Shown here: in pieces, positions 1 through 12,472 of the stretch
Position numbering within the stretch: position 1 is the first letter of the stretch
Layout of the letters: each line of letters starts with the position of its first letter
NCBI RefSeq assembly: GCF_006345805.1
Contig: NC_043020.1
Location: 16,988,001-17,052,000, forward strand
Origin: Octopus sinensis
Taxonomy: Eukaryota
DNA length: 64,000 bases
Direction: 5' to 3'
The notes under the pieces: model-generated
What the model saw: only the letters and a program-made list of their open reading frames with translations
What the model was told of the DNA's origin: nothing
Database searches by the model: none
Position numbers and translations under genes: made by a program

Positions 1-394
1 GTCGCTATGTTCTGAGTTCAAATTCCACTGAGGTTGACTTTGCCTTTAATCCTTTCAGGGTTGATAAAATAAGCACCAATCAAGTACTGGGGTCGAGGTA
101 ATTGACTAACCCCTCCCACAAATTTCGGGCTTTGTGCCAATAGTAAGAAGGATTATAATAATAATAATAATAATTATTATTATTATTATTAAGGCTGCGA
201 GCTGGCAGAATCATTAGCATGCCGGGTAAAATACTTAGTGGAAATTTGTGTCTTTACGGTCTGAGTTCGAATTCTGCCAAGGTCATTTTCGCCTTACTTC
301 CTTTCAGGATCAACAAGATATTGAGCGCTGGGGTTGATGTTATCAACTTATGCCCCCCCCTAACTTACTGGCCTTGTGCTAAAATTTGAAACCA

Positions 395-426
<32 letters not shown>

Positions 427-454
427 TATGTGTGTAATGGTTTGTCTTTTCCAG

Positions 455-666
455 GAACTACGTGGGTTCAAGAAATTGTTTACCTCATCCATTCAGATCT
501 TGACATTTCACAAGAAGAAGAGAAAAACATTGAACAACGATTCCATTTTCTTGAAAATATTTATCCTGGACTACCTGCCATAGCTGCTAAGGAATCACCT
601 CGACTGATCAAAAGCCATTTGCCCTTTCAACTCCTTCCAGAACAGCTTTCAACAGTCAAACCAAAA
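455..666 (+). CDS. Cytosolic sulfotransferase (SULT1/SULT4A1-like), first exon visible in the window (5' exons lie upstream)
   Basis: Acceptor tttgtcttttccag|G at 454/455; donor AAA|gtaaat at 666/667. Encodes (G)TTWVQEIVYLIHSDLD...ESPRLIKSHLPFQLLPEQLSTVKPK: end of the 5'-PSB loop (GTTW) and the catalytic His motif (KSHLP). Confidence 0.95.
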
Positions 667-703
667 GTAAATGTCCTTTTTCTGTTTTGTTATTATTATA
701 TCT

Positions 704-902
704 AAGGCGGCGAGCTGGCATGCCGGGCGAAATGTTACATTCTGAGTTCAAATTCCGCCGAGGTCAACTTTGCCTTTCATCCTCTCGGAGTCGATAAATT
801 AAGTACCAGTTACGCACTGGGGTCAATGTAATCAACTTAATCCTTTTGTCTGTCCTTGTTTGCCCCCTCTATGTTTAGCCCCTTGTGGCCAATAAAGAAA
901 TA
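704..902 (+). mobile_element. tRNA-derived SINE family A (representative copy)
   Basis: Head ggcggcgagctggca...gagttcaaattcc and core gcctttcatcctttcggggtcgat. Further copies at about 1-145, 192-395, 9150-9257, 9980-10118, 12945-13137(-), 24823-25008(-), 40746-40977, 43191-43415 and 48720-48925. Confidence 0.85.
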
Positions 903-1022
903 GGAATTGTTAGCACGCCAGGCAAAATGCTAAGCAGCATTTTGTCTATCTCTATGTTCTGAGTTCAAACTCTGCCGAAGTCGACTTGAGTTTATATTGA
1001 GTACTATTATCATTTTTATTAG

Positions 1023-1340
1023 AGGTGCAGGTATGGCTCTGTGGTATGAAGTTTGCTTCCCAATCACATGGTTCCAGGTTCAGTCCTACTGCATGGCACC
1101 TTGGGCAAATCTCTTCTAATATAGCTTCTGGCCAACCAAAACCTTGTGAGTGGATTTGGTAGACAGAAACCAAAAGAAGCCCATTGTATATATATGTGTC
1201 TGTGTTTGTCCCCCACCAACCAGTGTTGGTTTGTTTATGTCCCCATAACTTAGTGGTTAAGCAAAAGATACCAATTGAATAAGTACCAAGCTTGAAAAAA
1301 AAAAGAAAAATAAGTACTTTGGTTGATTAGTTGCCTTTCA
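1023..1340 (+). mobile_element. SINE family B (tRNA-like head, ggcaccttgggcaag core), degenerate copy
   Basis: Matches the family consensus seen many times in the window (ggttcagtcccactgcgtggcaccttgggcaagtgtc...gtggatttggtagacggaaac). Confidence 0.75.
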
Positions 1341-1409
1341 CCCTTTTAGGGTCAATGAAATAAGTACCAGTCATGCTCAAGGGCCAATAAGTACCAGTCA
1401 TGCTCAACT

Positions 1410-2240
1410 AGCCTTCTAACCCAAATTTCCTTGTCATTGCTTCTGTGAGGCCCAACATTCAAAGGTCGTGCTTCAACACCACATCCCATGTCTTTCTGGG
1501 TCTCCCTCTTCCACAGGTTCCTTTCACTGTTAGGGAGTGACACTTCTTCACACAGCTCTCCTCATCCATATGCAGCACATAACCATACTAGCGCAGTCGT
1601 CTCTCTTGCACACCTCATCCAATGCTTCTTATATCTAACATTTCTCTGAGGGCGCTTACACTCTGTTGTGTGTGCACACTGACATTACACATCCAGTGGA
1701 TCATACTAGTTTCATTTCTTTCAAGCCTTCATATTTCCTCAACAGTCATGGCCCATGTTTCACTACCGTGTAGCATGGCAGTTTGCACACATGCATCATA
1801 CAGTCTACCTTTCACTCTGAGCAAGAGGCCCTTTGTCACCAGCAGAGGTAGGAGCTTTCTGAACTTTGCCCAGGCTATTCTTATTCTAGTGGCAACACTC
1901 TCAGAGCATCCACCCCCACTACAGACCTGGTCACCTAGGTAGCGGAAGCTATCAACCACTTCTAGTTTCTTCCCCTGGCATGTGATGGAATCTGTTTTCT
2001 GTGCATCTTCGGTGTTTATTGCCCCTGTGCATCTGCCGCACACAAAAACTATCTTCCCGGTTAACCTTCCTTTGATGTTGCTGCACCTCTTATGTGTCCA
2101 TAGCTTGCATTGAGTACATCTTATGGTGTTTCTACCTACACCTTTTCTATAGATTGAGCAGGTCCATCTACCTGAAGGGGTTTGTGATTTGTTCACCTTC
2201 CTACTTACTTAATTGCTTTATCTACCAGGGTGCTATCAAT
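1410..2240 (-). mobile_element. RTE-clade LINE, 3' fragment (RT C-terminal region with Cys/His-rich insert)
   Basis: ORF 1729-2196(-): LEVVDSFRYLGD...RIRIAWAKFRKLLPLL...KGRLYDACVQTAMLHGSETW, typical RTE post-RT motifs. A related + strand fragment lies at about 2960-3310. Confidence 0.85.
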
Positions 2241-3429
2241 TTGGGTAGCTGGTCCTCTCCTCCTCCCATTCATTCTCCACATTCAGCAGCCTTTCATAAT
2301 GGCATATCTGTGCCTCTTTCTTTGTAGAATCATTAAAAGCAAGTGCACCATCATCCATGTGGACACATTTCTCCCCTGTAACATCACAATTTTCTCTCAC
2401 ACACTGTCTAGCAATCCGAAATACTTCAGTTCTTTGGTCCTCATGTCGCTGAACATTGGTAAACTTCTTTTCTGCTTCTCCCTTGGCTATATATACCTGT
2501 CTCCCAGCCTCCCTTCTGGCTATTTGGTACAGTTCCCTGCTGCCCTTACTCTTCCAAGTTTTCCAGGACTGTTTCTCTGCTCTAATGGCCTTGTCTGCTG
2601 TATTGTTCTACCACCATGTTACCCTAGGTTTGTTTAATCTAAAGGAGACAATAGAATCATCACAGTAAAAAGAAAAAAAAGATTCTGTAAGAAATAATGT
2701 GATGTGCCAGGGTTATATTATTCTGCAGAGCAAGCATGGGTAAGCTTTCTCAAGACATGACTCATCATCAGACAGGCAGTACTACCCCAAAAAATTCAAA
2801 GTAATTTTTTTTCTTAGATATGCTATGTGAGTTTTGTGATAAGAAATTTGCTTCCCAACCACATGATTCCGGGTTCAGTGCCATTGTGTAGCACCTTTGG
2901 CAAGTCTCTTTTATTGCAGTCTCAGGCTGGCCAAAGGCTCGTGAGTAGAAGACATGTGTAGGCTTAAAAGAAATGAAGCTAGTATGCTCCACTTGATGTG
3001 TAATGTCAGTGTGCATACACGAGAGAGTGTAAGCACCCTGAGAGAAAAGTTGGACATAAGAAGCATCAGACATGGTGTGCAAGAGAGATGACTGTGCTAG
3101 TATGGTCATGTGATGCATATGGATGAGGAGAGCTGTGTGAAGAAGTGCCACACCCTAATTGGGGGGAACCTATGGAAGAGGTAGACCTATAGCTACTGGA
3201 AGGTGGTAAAGCATGACTTTTGAATGTTGGGCCTCACAGAGACAATGGCAAGTGACTGAGACCTTTGGAGATGTGCCGTGCTAGAGAAGACCCAGCAAGC
3301 CTAGTGAGATGGTAGTTGTGGCCAGTGCCAGTGTTACCTGACTGGACTGTTTAAAAAAAACACCTTTTAATCGTTGGGCGATATGCTGTGCTTGTGAAGA
3401 TGTCGAACCAAATGAAATCATAGTCGTGG

Positions 3430-3895
3430 CCGATGACAGTGCTGCCTGACTGGCACCCATGCTGGTGGCACATAAAAAGCACCATTCCACCATTCGAGTG
3501 TGGCCGATGCCAGTGCTGCCTGATTACCACCTGTGCCAGTGGCATGTAAAATGCACCATTCGAGTGTGACTGATGCAGTGCTGCCTGACTGGCACCTGTG
3601 TCAGTGGCATTTAAAAGCACCATTTGTTTGTGTCCAATGCCAGTGGCACCTGTGCTGGCAGCATGTAAAATACACCATTCGAGTGTGGCTGTTGCTAGTG
3701 TGCCTGACTGGCTCCTGTGCTGGTGGCACATAAAAGTACCCACTACACTCTCGGAGTGGTTGGCGTTAGGAAGGGCATCTAGCTGTAGAAACCTTGTCAA
3801 ATCAGATTGAGCCCTGGTGCAGCCTCCCATCTTGCCAGTTCTCAATCAAACTACCCAGCATGGAAAACAGATGTTAAACGACAATGATGATGATG
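3430..3895 (-). mobile_element. Family D repeat (RTE-tail/SINE-like) with internal tandem subrepeats, ending in (GAT)n
   Basis: Shared blocks ggcacataaaagcacc..., ggttggcgttaggaagggcatccagc and ccatgctagcatggaaagcggacgttaaacgatgatg. Other copies, in both orientations, at about 4686-4975, 7250-7400, 12176-12415, 29095-29385, 46593-46775 and 63019-63240. Confidence 0.75.
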
Positions 3896-4044
3896 GTGGG
3901 CTTCTTTCAGTTTCCCTATGCCAAATCCACTTGCAAAGCTTTGGTCAGCCCTAAGTTATAGTAGAAGAAACTTGCCCAATATATCATGCCGTGGAACTGA
4001 ATCCTGAATCATATAGCTAGGTCACAAAACGCAACCTTGTGATT

Positions 4045-4322
4045 CATAAAAGCACTTGTATTTATATCATCGACAGCTGAGAACCATCTGCTATAGCTAC
4101 CAGAACTGCAAGATCGCATGATTTCACGCATGATTTTACATTAGTTCCTCAACAGACACTGAAATTCTATACATCATTGTTGTGAGATTCTGCTGTTATG
4201 TTGCGACAGGCTACAGCGCATCTGCCTCTGAGGAGCTCTGGCAGGGCAAAATCATGTGATCTTCAGCAGCTGTAGCAGACATTTCTCACCTGTCATTGAT
4301 GTGAATACGAGTGCTTTTTATG
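4045..4322. repeat. Diverged inverted repeat (about 75-80 bp arms) with a decayed hammerhead-like core in the spacer
   Basis: cataaaagcacttgtattt...aagatcgcatgattt (4045-4124) is reverse-complementary to aaatcatgtgatctt...aatacgagtgctttttatg (4249-4322). Confidence 0.7.
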
Positions 4323-5677
4323 CACCATGTGTCCATTTGAGAAATCCTCTTAAGGTAAATAACACAGTATTCTATGTTCTTATACAACATCTATGTTAAG
4401 TTGGAGATAAAGATATATATATATCATCATCATTGTTTAGCGTCCCCTTTCTATGATGGCATGGGTTGGACGGTTTGGAGCTGGCTAGCAGGGAGCTGTC
4501 CAGATTGCAGCTGTCTGTTGAGGCATGGTTTCTATGGTTGGATGCCTTTTCTAATGCCAACCGCTTAAGAGAGTGTGTGTGTTTATGTAGCACTGACATG
4601 GGTACATTAATACAGTACCTCAAAGACATACATACATACCTGTATGTATGCAAGACAGCAGTGTTACTTAACTTGATGCATCTTATCATCGTTTAATGTC
4701 TGCTTTCCATGCTAGCATGGGTTGGACGGTTCAACTGGGGTCTGGGAAGCCAGAAGGCTGCACCAGGCTCCAATCTGATCTGGCAGAGTTGCTACAGCTG
4801 GATGCCCTTCCTGACGCCAACCACTCCGAGAGTGTAGTGGGTGCTTTTACGTGCCACCAGCACGAGGGCCAGTCAGGCGGTACTGTCAACAGCCACACTC
4901 AAATGGTGCTTTTTATGTGCCACCTGCACAGGAGCCAGTCCAGCAGCACTGGCAACGACCTCGCTCAGCAAACCGCCACATCTCCTGGCCCCTTGTCATT
5001 TCCTCAGTGAGGCCCAGCATTTGAAAATCCTTCCTCACTACTTCATCCCACGTCTTCCACGGTCTACCCCTTCATCAGGTTTCCTCCACAATTAGAGCTA
5101 GGCACTTCTTTATACAGCTGTACTGATCCATATATTTACATCATCATAATTGTCATTATTTAATGTCTGATTTTCATGCTGGCATGAGCTGCATGGTTTG
5201 TCTTGCCAGCTCTTGTTGAAGCATCCAACCCATGCCAGCATGGAAAACAGACATTAAATGATGATGATGATGATATATATCATATATATTCACACACATG
5301 AAGTAAACAACTTGGTACATCAAAACTTGCTGCATTTAGTTCCAAATGGGTTGTCTTTCTTTATATCAAGGACAACTTGCATTTTGTTCCTTAATATATA
5401 TATATTATTTCACTTGTTACACTCATTTCACTGTGGTCATGTTGGAGCACCACCTCTGCGTGTGTGTGTGTGTATACATACGTACATACATATATATATA
5501 ATTAGGGCTGATGCTAGTTATAACATAGAGAATTCTGCTATTTTCTGTAACTAAAATTCTTGTTGCATTTGTTTCTTGCAAACAGTTATAGTTCTTAAAA
5601 ATGCTGATAATTTACATATGGAGTAGTTAAAACTGCTGGTAATTATGATGGTGGTGATTATGGTATTTCTTCTTCAG

Positions 5678-5804
5678 ATAATTTATGTTGTTAGAAATCC
5701 AAAGGATATACTAATTTCATACTACAACTTCCTAAAAATGTTGACACCTTTGAAATTTGTTGGAACATTTGAAGAATTCTGCGATAGGTTTACCAAAGAT
5801 AAAG
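5678..5804 (+). CDS. Sulfotransferase internal exon (3'-phosphate-binding motif)
   Basis: Acceptor tttcttcttcag|ATA; donor AAAG|gtgagt; 127 bp; phase matches the previous exon. Encodes IIYVVRNPKDILISYYNFLKMLTPLKFVGTFEEFCDRFTKDK (RNPKD..S motif). Confidence 0.95.
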
Positions 5805-6152
5805 GTGAGTATAACTCAGTATCTAAACATGTTTTATTTTTATTGCCCATCACTGCATCAGATACATCAGAAAAACCCCCTAAGGTTTTTCAACATTAGT
5901 TAAAACAAAAATACAGTTGTATCCATCTATCTTCTACACCTGCTATTCTGGGAGGGGTTTGAGGTAGAGCCATCAGGTACCTCCCCTTTAAGGTCTTATC
6001 AGATGCCATTAGACTTGCTGGCTGGATTCCTAAACACAACTTACTGAGACATTGGATATCATCTTACCCTCTCACTCTTGGTCTACTTCTAAATTTCTTG
6101 CCAGTTGGCTCAGCTTAAAGAATTGGTCTTGCAGTTTTTTCTAGCAATATTT

Positions 6153-6705
6153 GGTGGAATTGTGGTTTGAGTACCCCATATAACCCCACATAACTTTTTT
6201 ACTTTGGGGAATTTTCAGAAAATTTCTGTGAATTTGTGTTCTATACACAGGAATTCATATGATTGTACAAAAAGGGAAAAAAAATTTTTGTGTGTGATTT
6301 ACGAGCAATTAGCTGTTGTTTTTAGCTTGTCTTACAACCACCTAATATCTTCCTCGTTTCTTTGATACTCTGAAATGTATTGATGTTTTTCAATATTCTT
6401 CTCCCCATAAACACATTTAATGGAATGATGGTGCACCCAAGGGTGATCCATTGCTGAATTTAAGCAAGAAATTTAGACCATCCATATTTTAAACACTGAT
6501 TTTTTTTCTTTTAATTTGAAAATGAGTGAAAATTTTTGGATTTATGGAGGAATGGGGTCTTAAAAATTTTTTTAAATAAAAAATTTTTTTCATAATTGTA
6601 TAAATTCCAGTGTGTAAAAGACATATTCACAAAAGTTTTCTAAAAATTTCAAAAAATTAATATGTTATGAGAGGCTCTATGGGGTTCTTAACCCAGAATT
6701 CCACC
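6153..6705. mobile_element. MITE/foldback element with long (about 130 bp) imperfect TIRs
   Basis: Left end ggtggaattgtggtttgagtaccccata; right end tatggggttcttaacccagaattccacc. Flanks caatattt / caacattg may be a decayed 8-bp TSD. Confidence 0.65.
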
Positions 6706-8023
6706 CAACATTGTTATCAGTGAACTAGAGCTGTTACTTCTCAATGTGGAAAAATAGCAGCTCGACTTAGAGAGATTCCATGATCTCTAAGGTATGCTCA
6801 TAACTGTAATAATTCAAAATCTGCTGAAACTTAAAATTTATTTAGTATTGAATGTATCTATAAATGTTTTATCATTCTTACCATCATCATCATCATCACC
6901 AGCAGTTTCTGCCTCTCCATATCCAAATTATTAAAGTCTTCGGAGCCATATTTATAAGGAAAAAATAGATGTAAAAAGTTTTTAGTTACAGAAAATAATA
7001 CAATTTTCTAGTTCCTGACTACAACATCCTGTCACAAACCACCTTTATTTCACAACATTTTTATTATACCTTCACAGATCACCCTTAGAATTCCCTACCT
7101 TATAGCAGTAATACCACCCTTATTAGAAACTTCTATAAAACTTGAACTAACAAGGGAGTTTCTATGCAATCACTCAACTTGCTAAAAATAACAGCTTCAT
7201 CTCTCTTAGATCACACCCATAAAATCTTTAAAATATAGGAAAACCACATTAGAGTGGTTGGCATTAGGAAGGGCATCCAGCTGTAGAAACTCTGCCAAAT
7301 CAAGATTGGAGCCTGGTGCAGCCATCTGGATCGCCAGCCCTCAGTCAGAATCGTCCAACCCATGCTAGCATGGAAAGCAGATGTTAAACGATGATGATGA
7401 TGGTGATGATTCCAGGGTAGAAAAAGAGAGCTGTGAAGTTGAAATGGTCTTTGATAATAGGGCTGCTCAGTCAGGACCAGCATGGAGCTAAGCAAATATT
7501 CTTATAACTTTGAAGAAACAGCCCCTATAAAAATCCTTATAATTAATGAACCTTTCTATGAATCAAACATTTCTACAGTGGTTGCTGTTGTGTATTCCTC
7601 AACAGCAGAGTTTGCTCCGGTCAAACAGGCTGTGGTGTGGAGATAACTTGTCAAATACTTTTATGTATTCTACAGATTCAGTACATCTGATTGTCCATGT
7701 CTTTGTCTTAATGACAAACACCTTCCAAATTTTGATGTGTTGTCATTTATTGTGTGGTACTCAGGGAAGTAGTTTGAGCTGTATGTTATATTTCCCAGCA
7801 GTGTCCTATTTGACATGCACATAGCTTAGTGGTTAGGGCCATTGGCTCACAATCGTAAGCTCCTGAGTTCAATACCTGCTGGTGCATTGTATCCTTGAGC
7901 AAGACATTTTATTTCATATTGCTCCAATCTAATCAGCTGATAAAAATTAATAGTACCTGTAATTCAAAGGGCCAACCTTGTTACATTCTGTTTCTTGCTG
8001 AATTTTCCTGAGAACTGCATTAA

Positions 8024-8243
8024 CCCTTTCATTACCAACCTGGCCGAAACCGGCTCTGGCTCTGAGTACAAATGTCTTGTTTCCATAAGTTTTGAATTAA
8101 AATCTTCCACCAAACCTTAGTCACAATTTGTGTTGCTAATACTAGCTGAATGACAACTAAGTTATTTTACTAAATTCTTTGTTATATTTAAAGTTATTGA
8201 AAGAAACACAGAGCATCTCAAAATAAATACAGTAACAAAAGGG
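8024..8243. mobile_element. piggyBac-type MITE, copy 1
   Basis: TTAA|ccctttcattac...gtaacaaaaggg|TTAA; inserted inside a tRNA-SINE (about 7822-8360). Confidence 0.88.
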
Positions 8244-8434
8244 TTAAGGTTATATGTGTTTACGGAGTGCTTAGCCACTTACACGTTAATTTCCAGAGCA
8301 GGCTATTCCATTGATCAGCTCAACTGAAACACTTGTCATTGTAACTGGCAGAGTGCCACTTTAAAGTAGCAGCTAAAATTGCCTTCAAACCATACCTTTA
8401 CCATCTCAAGAGTCCTGTTTATTTCTGATTGCAG

Positions 8435-8532
8435 TGTATTATTCCCCATGGGGTAAACATGTGAGAACTGCTGTGGATTTGAACCAACAACATCATAACA
8501 TCCTCATTGTTCAGTATGAAGATTTACATAAG
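8435..8532 (+). CDS. Sulfotransferase internal exon (absent from the ORF track)
   Basis: Acceptor tttctgattgcag|TG; donor AAG|gtaagt; 98 bp; phase 1 in, phase 0 out. Encodes (V)YYSPWGKHVRTAVDLNQQHHNILIVQYEDLHK (W..HV and YEDL motifs of SULTs). Confidence 0.93.
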
Positions 8533-9396
8533 GTAAGTTTTTTTTTTTTTTGCTTTTTTTTTATTTTTATGTAGTTCTTAATATTAGAAGAGGAAATCGA
8601 AATCAAACTCAATGACTGGCATCCGTGCTAGTGGAGCGCTAAGAGTACCATACGAGTGAGATCGTTGCCAGAGCAACAAGCTGGCCTCTGTGCCGATAGC
8701 ACGTTAAAAACACCATTTGAGCGTGATTGTTACCTGCGTCGCCTTACTAGCACTTGTGCTGGAGGCACATGAAAAAAATATTACAGTTTACATGGGAGAA
8801 TAGAAGAGTTATGAGGATGATAGGGGATTACACTGATGAATGAGGAAATTATATGGGTTAATGGATCTTATATGAGTGAATGAGGCTTATATGGGGGAAA
8901 AGGATACTTGAAAAAAAGAACGTTATATAGACTGATCCATTTGTGTCCATAAATTACCATAACAATTTGAAAAATTCAGAAAAAAGTGAAAAATAAGAAT
9001 AATTTAGTAGAGTTTATTGAAAAATATAAGCAAACAAAGTTTTATTAGAAACATCAGAACACTTCTATATCGGTGCCATTGGTTGCATGCAACACATCTA
9101 GATAATGTTCAATTTCTGACCAGTTCTTTCAGGAGTGTAGATGCAGAATTGTTAGAGGGTCAGTCAAAATGCTTAGCGGCATTTCATTCGTCTTTATGTT
9201 CTGAGTTCCCGTTCTGCCAAGGTCGACTTTGCTTTTCATCCTTTCAAGGTCAATAAAATGTCTTTTTATCTTTCTCTTTCTTCCTTCTCTGGCTTTCGTA
9301 TTTTTATTTCAAAATCATGAAGAGAATGGCTTGGACATGCATTCAAATCCTACATGCCAATTTGGGTATATTTTGAATGGATCAATAACCAATATA

Positions 9397-9953
9397 CAGT
9401 AATGCATTGATATACAAGTTAATTTGTTCCCGGAGTCCGCTTGTAAGCGAAAATTCATAAAGCAGAGCAATAATTTCTCATAGTAGCAATGTTATAAATT
9501 GTAATTTGTTCCCAGAAAAATATTTTACATATAAAATTTGTAATACTCATAAATAAATGGCAATAAAGCAACAGTAGAATGTAAAGAATATTTTATGTAA
9601 AGTAAAAAGAATGTCAAAATCATTTATAATAAAAAAAAAATTATTATAATCATTTTATGAATCAATTTCACTCGCACTAGACTTGCACACACCATCACTT
9701 GCAGACTCAGTTGCTGATTCACAAGCACTCATAGACGGACTTGTAGATTTCTTTTTAAAAACAAGTCTAGAGTTGTTTGCTTTGAAGAAACGTTTTCTTG
9801 CTCTCTATAAATTTCTCAGTAACACGCAGAAGCATTTGTTATGGTAGTAGAAACTTTTGCACTTCGTTCAAAATCTAGATTTTGTGCTTGAAAAATAAAA
9901 CTCGTAAACCTGGGGCCTTGTAAAGTAGGTCCTCATAAAGTAAGGTATTACTG
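9397..9953. mobile_element. Tigger/pogo-like non-autonomous DNA transposon
   Basis: TA|cagtaatgc...ggtattactg|TA termini with subterminal repeats (cttgtaa/ctcgtaa/ctcataa). Confidence 0.7.
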
Positions 9954-10146
9954 TATCTTTTTAGTATGTTTGCATATCAAGTGGTGAGCTGGCAGAATAG
10001 TTAGCATGCCGGACAAAACACTTAGCAACATTTCATCCGTCTTTACATTCTCAGTTCAAATTCTGCTGAGATCAACTCTGCCTCTCATCCTTTCAGGGTC
10101 GATAAATTAAGTACCAATAATAAAAGTTTTGTTTGTTATTTGGCAG

Positions 10147-10330
10147 GACCTTGCTGGAAATGTGCAGCGTATTGCCAAATTTCTTGGTAAGGAGTTAACA
10201 CCGGAACAACTGTTGACTATTTGCCATCGATGTCTGTTTAAGAATATGCGCCAGAATAAAAGTGTCAACTACTCGTGGTGGGACGGCTATGGGATCCGAG
10301 ATCAAACCCAGACAGAATTTCTTCGGCGAG
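10147..10330 (+). CDS. Sulfotransferase internal exon
   Basis: Acceptor tatttggcag|GAC; donor CGAG|gtgagt; 184 bp. Encodes DLAGNVQRIAKFLGKELTPEQLLTICHRCLFKNMRQNKSVNYSWWDGYGIRDQTQTEFLRR. Confidence 0.95.
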
Positions 10331-11988
10331 GTGAGTAGAAACATTGTCGTCTTCTCCATCATCATCACCACCATCACCACCACTACCACCATTACCACCA
10401 CCATCATCAATAACATCATCATCATCAACAACAACATAGTTTACATGTCCACACTCTTGCAACTTTTACCTATCCCATGCATCATCTTGTCTCTCATCCT
10501 TCACCTGTTTTCTGTTGTATCCTTGTTTTGTTACTCTCCACCTTTACTGTACTGCCAGTCATCACCTCCTCTTACCCAACTTGTATTTACCACTGACTCC
10601 TCCACTCTTGTTCACCATTCACTACAATCTGCACTCCATTGTTCCCATATACCCTGTCAAAGGCCTTTCTTTGGGTTGACAAATAAGACAGTAGCTTACT
10701 TTTATCTAAATACTTCTATAGCTGTCTCACTGGGCAAAGAACATCAAAAGTACTTCTCTCTGGCACAAAACTGAACTGCATTTCATTTGGTCTATTTCTC
10801 TTCCTAAATAAATAACCTAAAGTTCTCTCTGTAACTATCATGATCTGGTCGCTCTTGTGTCCCCTTGTAACAGTTGGCTATGATGCTACTGTGCCAGTCA
10901 TTGGGTATGGCACCTTCCTGTACAATCTAATTGACTCCTCTTTGACTCTATAGAAGATTCAGCTGTATCCTACCACATTTGATATTTGCTTTCTCTTTGT
11001 AGAATGGCTAATCACTCTGTTGGGTCCACACTGGGAAGACTCTCTTTCTCCTAAGCATTCTCCATGTGAATGTCTGTGTGCTTACATGTGGTTATTTCTA
11101 CATGTCTGCACCAATCAGTGTACCAGCTGAAAACCCCTTTTATAGGCCCTGACCTCTAGAACTATCCAAGAACAGCCCTTTGTGCAGCATAGCTAATTGT
11201 AATATAGGGGCATGTGCTGTAACAACACATCGCTGCATCCACCATGTGTTGGTGATTCTCTACTACTCCTGACAGATGATGGCTTTGCACCACTCAGCTG
11301 ACAACTCACCAACCTATAGGTCTGTTTGGGTAGTCGTTGCTGGTGAGGGTTTTATTGGGTTGGAGTACAAATCCTATATCGACCTCTTTTAGTCACCTTT
11401 CATGACATGCAGAGGAAATATTGGGTCTATTCTTTGGCGTGCTGGTTCCTCCACAGCACTAGAGCAACATAAAATGAAACGTGTTTTGCTCAAGAGCACA
11501 ATATGCCACCCAGTCCAGGAATCGAACCCACAATCTGGCGATCATGAGTGCAACATACTAACAACCAGACCATGTGCCTTCACTAGGAACAGAAATCTAT
11601 AATAATAAACACGAAAAAAATTCTGTCTGTCCGTCCATCCAGGTCCCCTGTATTTCAGTCTACATTTGCTCTCCAAAGACATATGATACTTTTTGAAACC
11701 AAGATGATCCTCGAATTGAAAATGCGCTTCATTAGGTTCTTGTACATCCAGCATTGGGATCAGATCTGGGCGAGGATTTGTTATATGCTAACAATTGAAA
11801 ATTCAAATTTTAAAAGAACCCCAAAAATTTGTGAACTTACAAGTTTTTCATTTAAACTAAATTTAAAGTAATATCATTTATTGGTAGGGTACCAATAAAT
11901 GATATTGCTCTCTTTAGTTCTGGGCCACAAGCCCAATTAGTCCTCTACAGAAGCTAGCTTAAAAGTCCACCCAGGGTGCAGCTTTTAA

Positions 11989-12472
11989 CCCTTTCGTTAC
12001 CAACCCAGCCAAAACTGGCTCTGGCTCTGAGTACAAATGTCTTATTTTCATAAGTTCTGAATTAAAATCTTCCACCAAACCTTAGTCACAATTTATGTTC
12101 CTAACACTAGCTGAATGATAACTAAGTTATTTTGCTAAATTCTTTGTTATAAAAAACTAAAAAAAAGAAAAAAAAACACCATCCGAGCGTGGCTGTTCAC
12201 CAGCCTCGTCTGGCACCTGTGTCGGTGGCACATAAAATCACCCACTACACTCTCGGAGTGGTTGGCGTTAGGAAGGGCCTCCAGCTGTAGAAACACTGCC
12301 AGATCTGACTGGCCTGGTGCAGCCTTCTGGCTCCCCAGACCCCAGTTGAACCGTCCAACCCATGCTAGCATGGAAAGCGGACGTTAAATGATGATGATGA
12401 TTATGATGATGATGATTTAAAGTAACTGAAAGAAACACAGAGCATCTCAAAATAAATACAGTAACGAAAGGG
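11989..12472. mobile_element. piggyBac-type MITE, copy 2, interrupted by a family D repeat
   Basis: TTAA|ccctttcgttac...gtaacgaaaggg|TTAA (perfect 12-bp TIR). Internal sequence matches copy 1 except for an insert at about 12150-12416. Confidence 0.88.

Noticed and set aside
2740-2778. Minus-strand CUGAUGA...GAAA
   Set aside because: No convincing stem I or stem II pairing.
3430-3740. Regularly spaced direct repeats superficially like a CRISPR array
   Set aside because: Eukaryotic context, the spacers are themselves homologous, and there are no cas genes; these are internal tandem subrepeats of the family D element.
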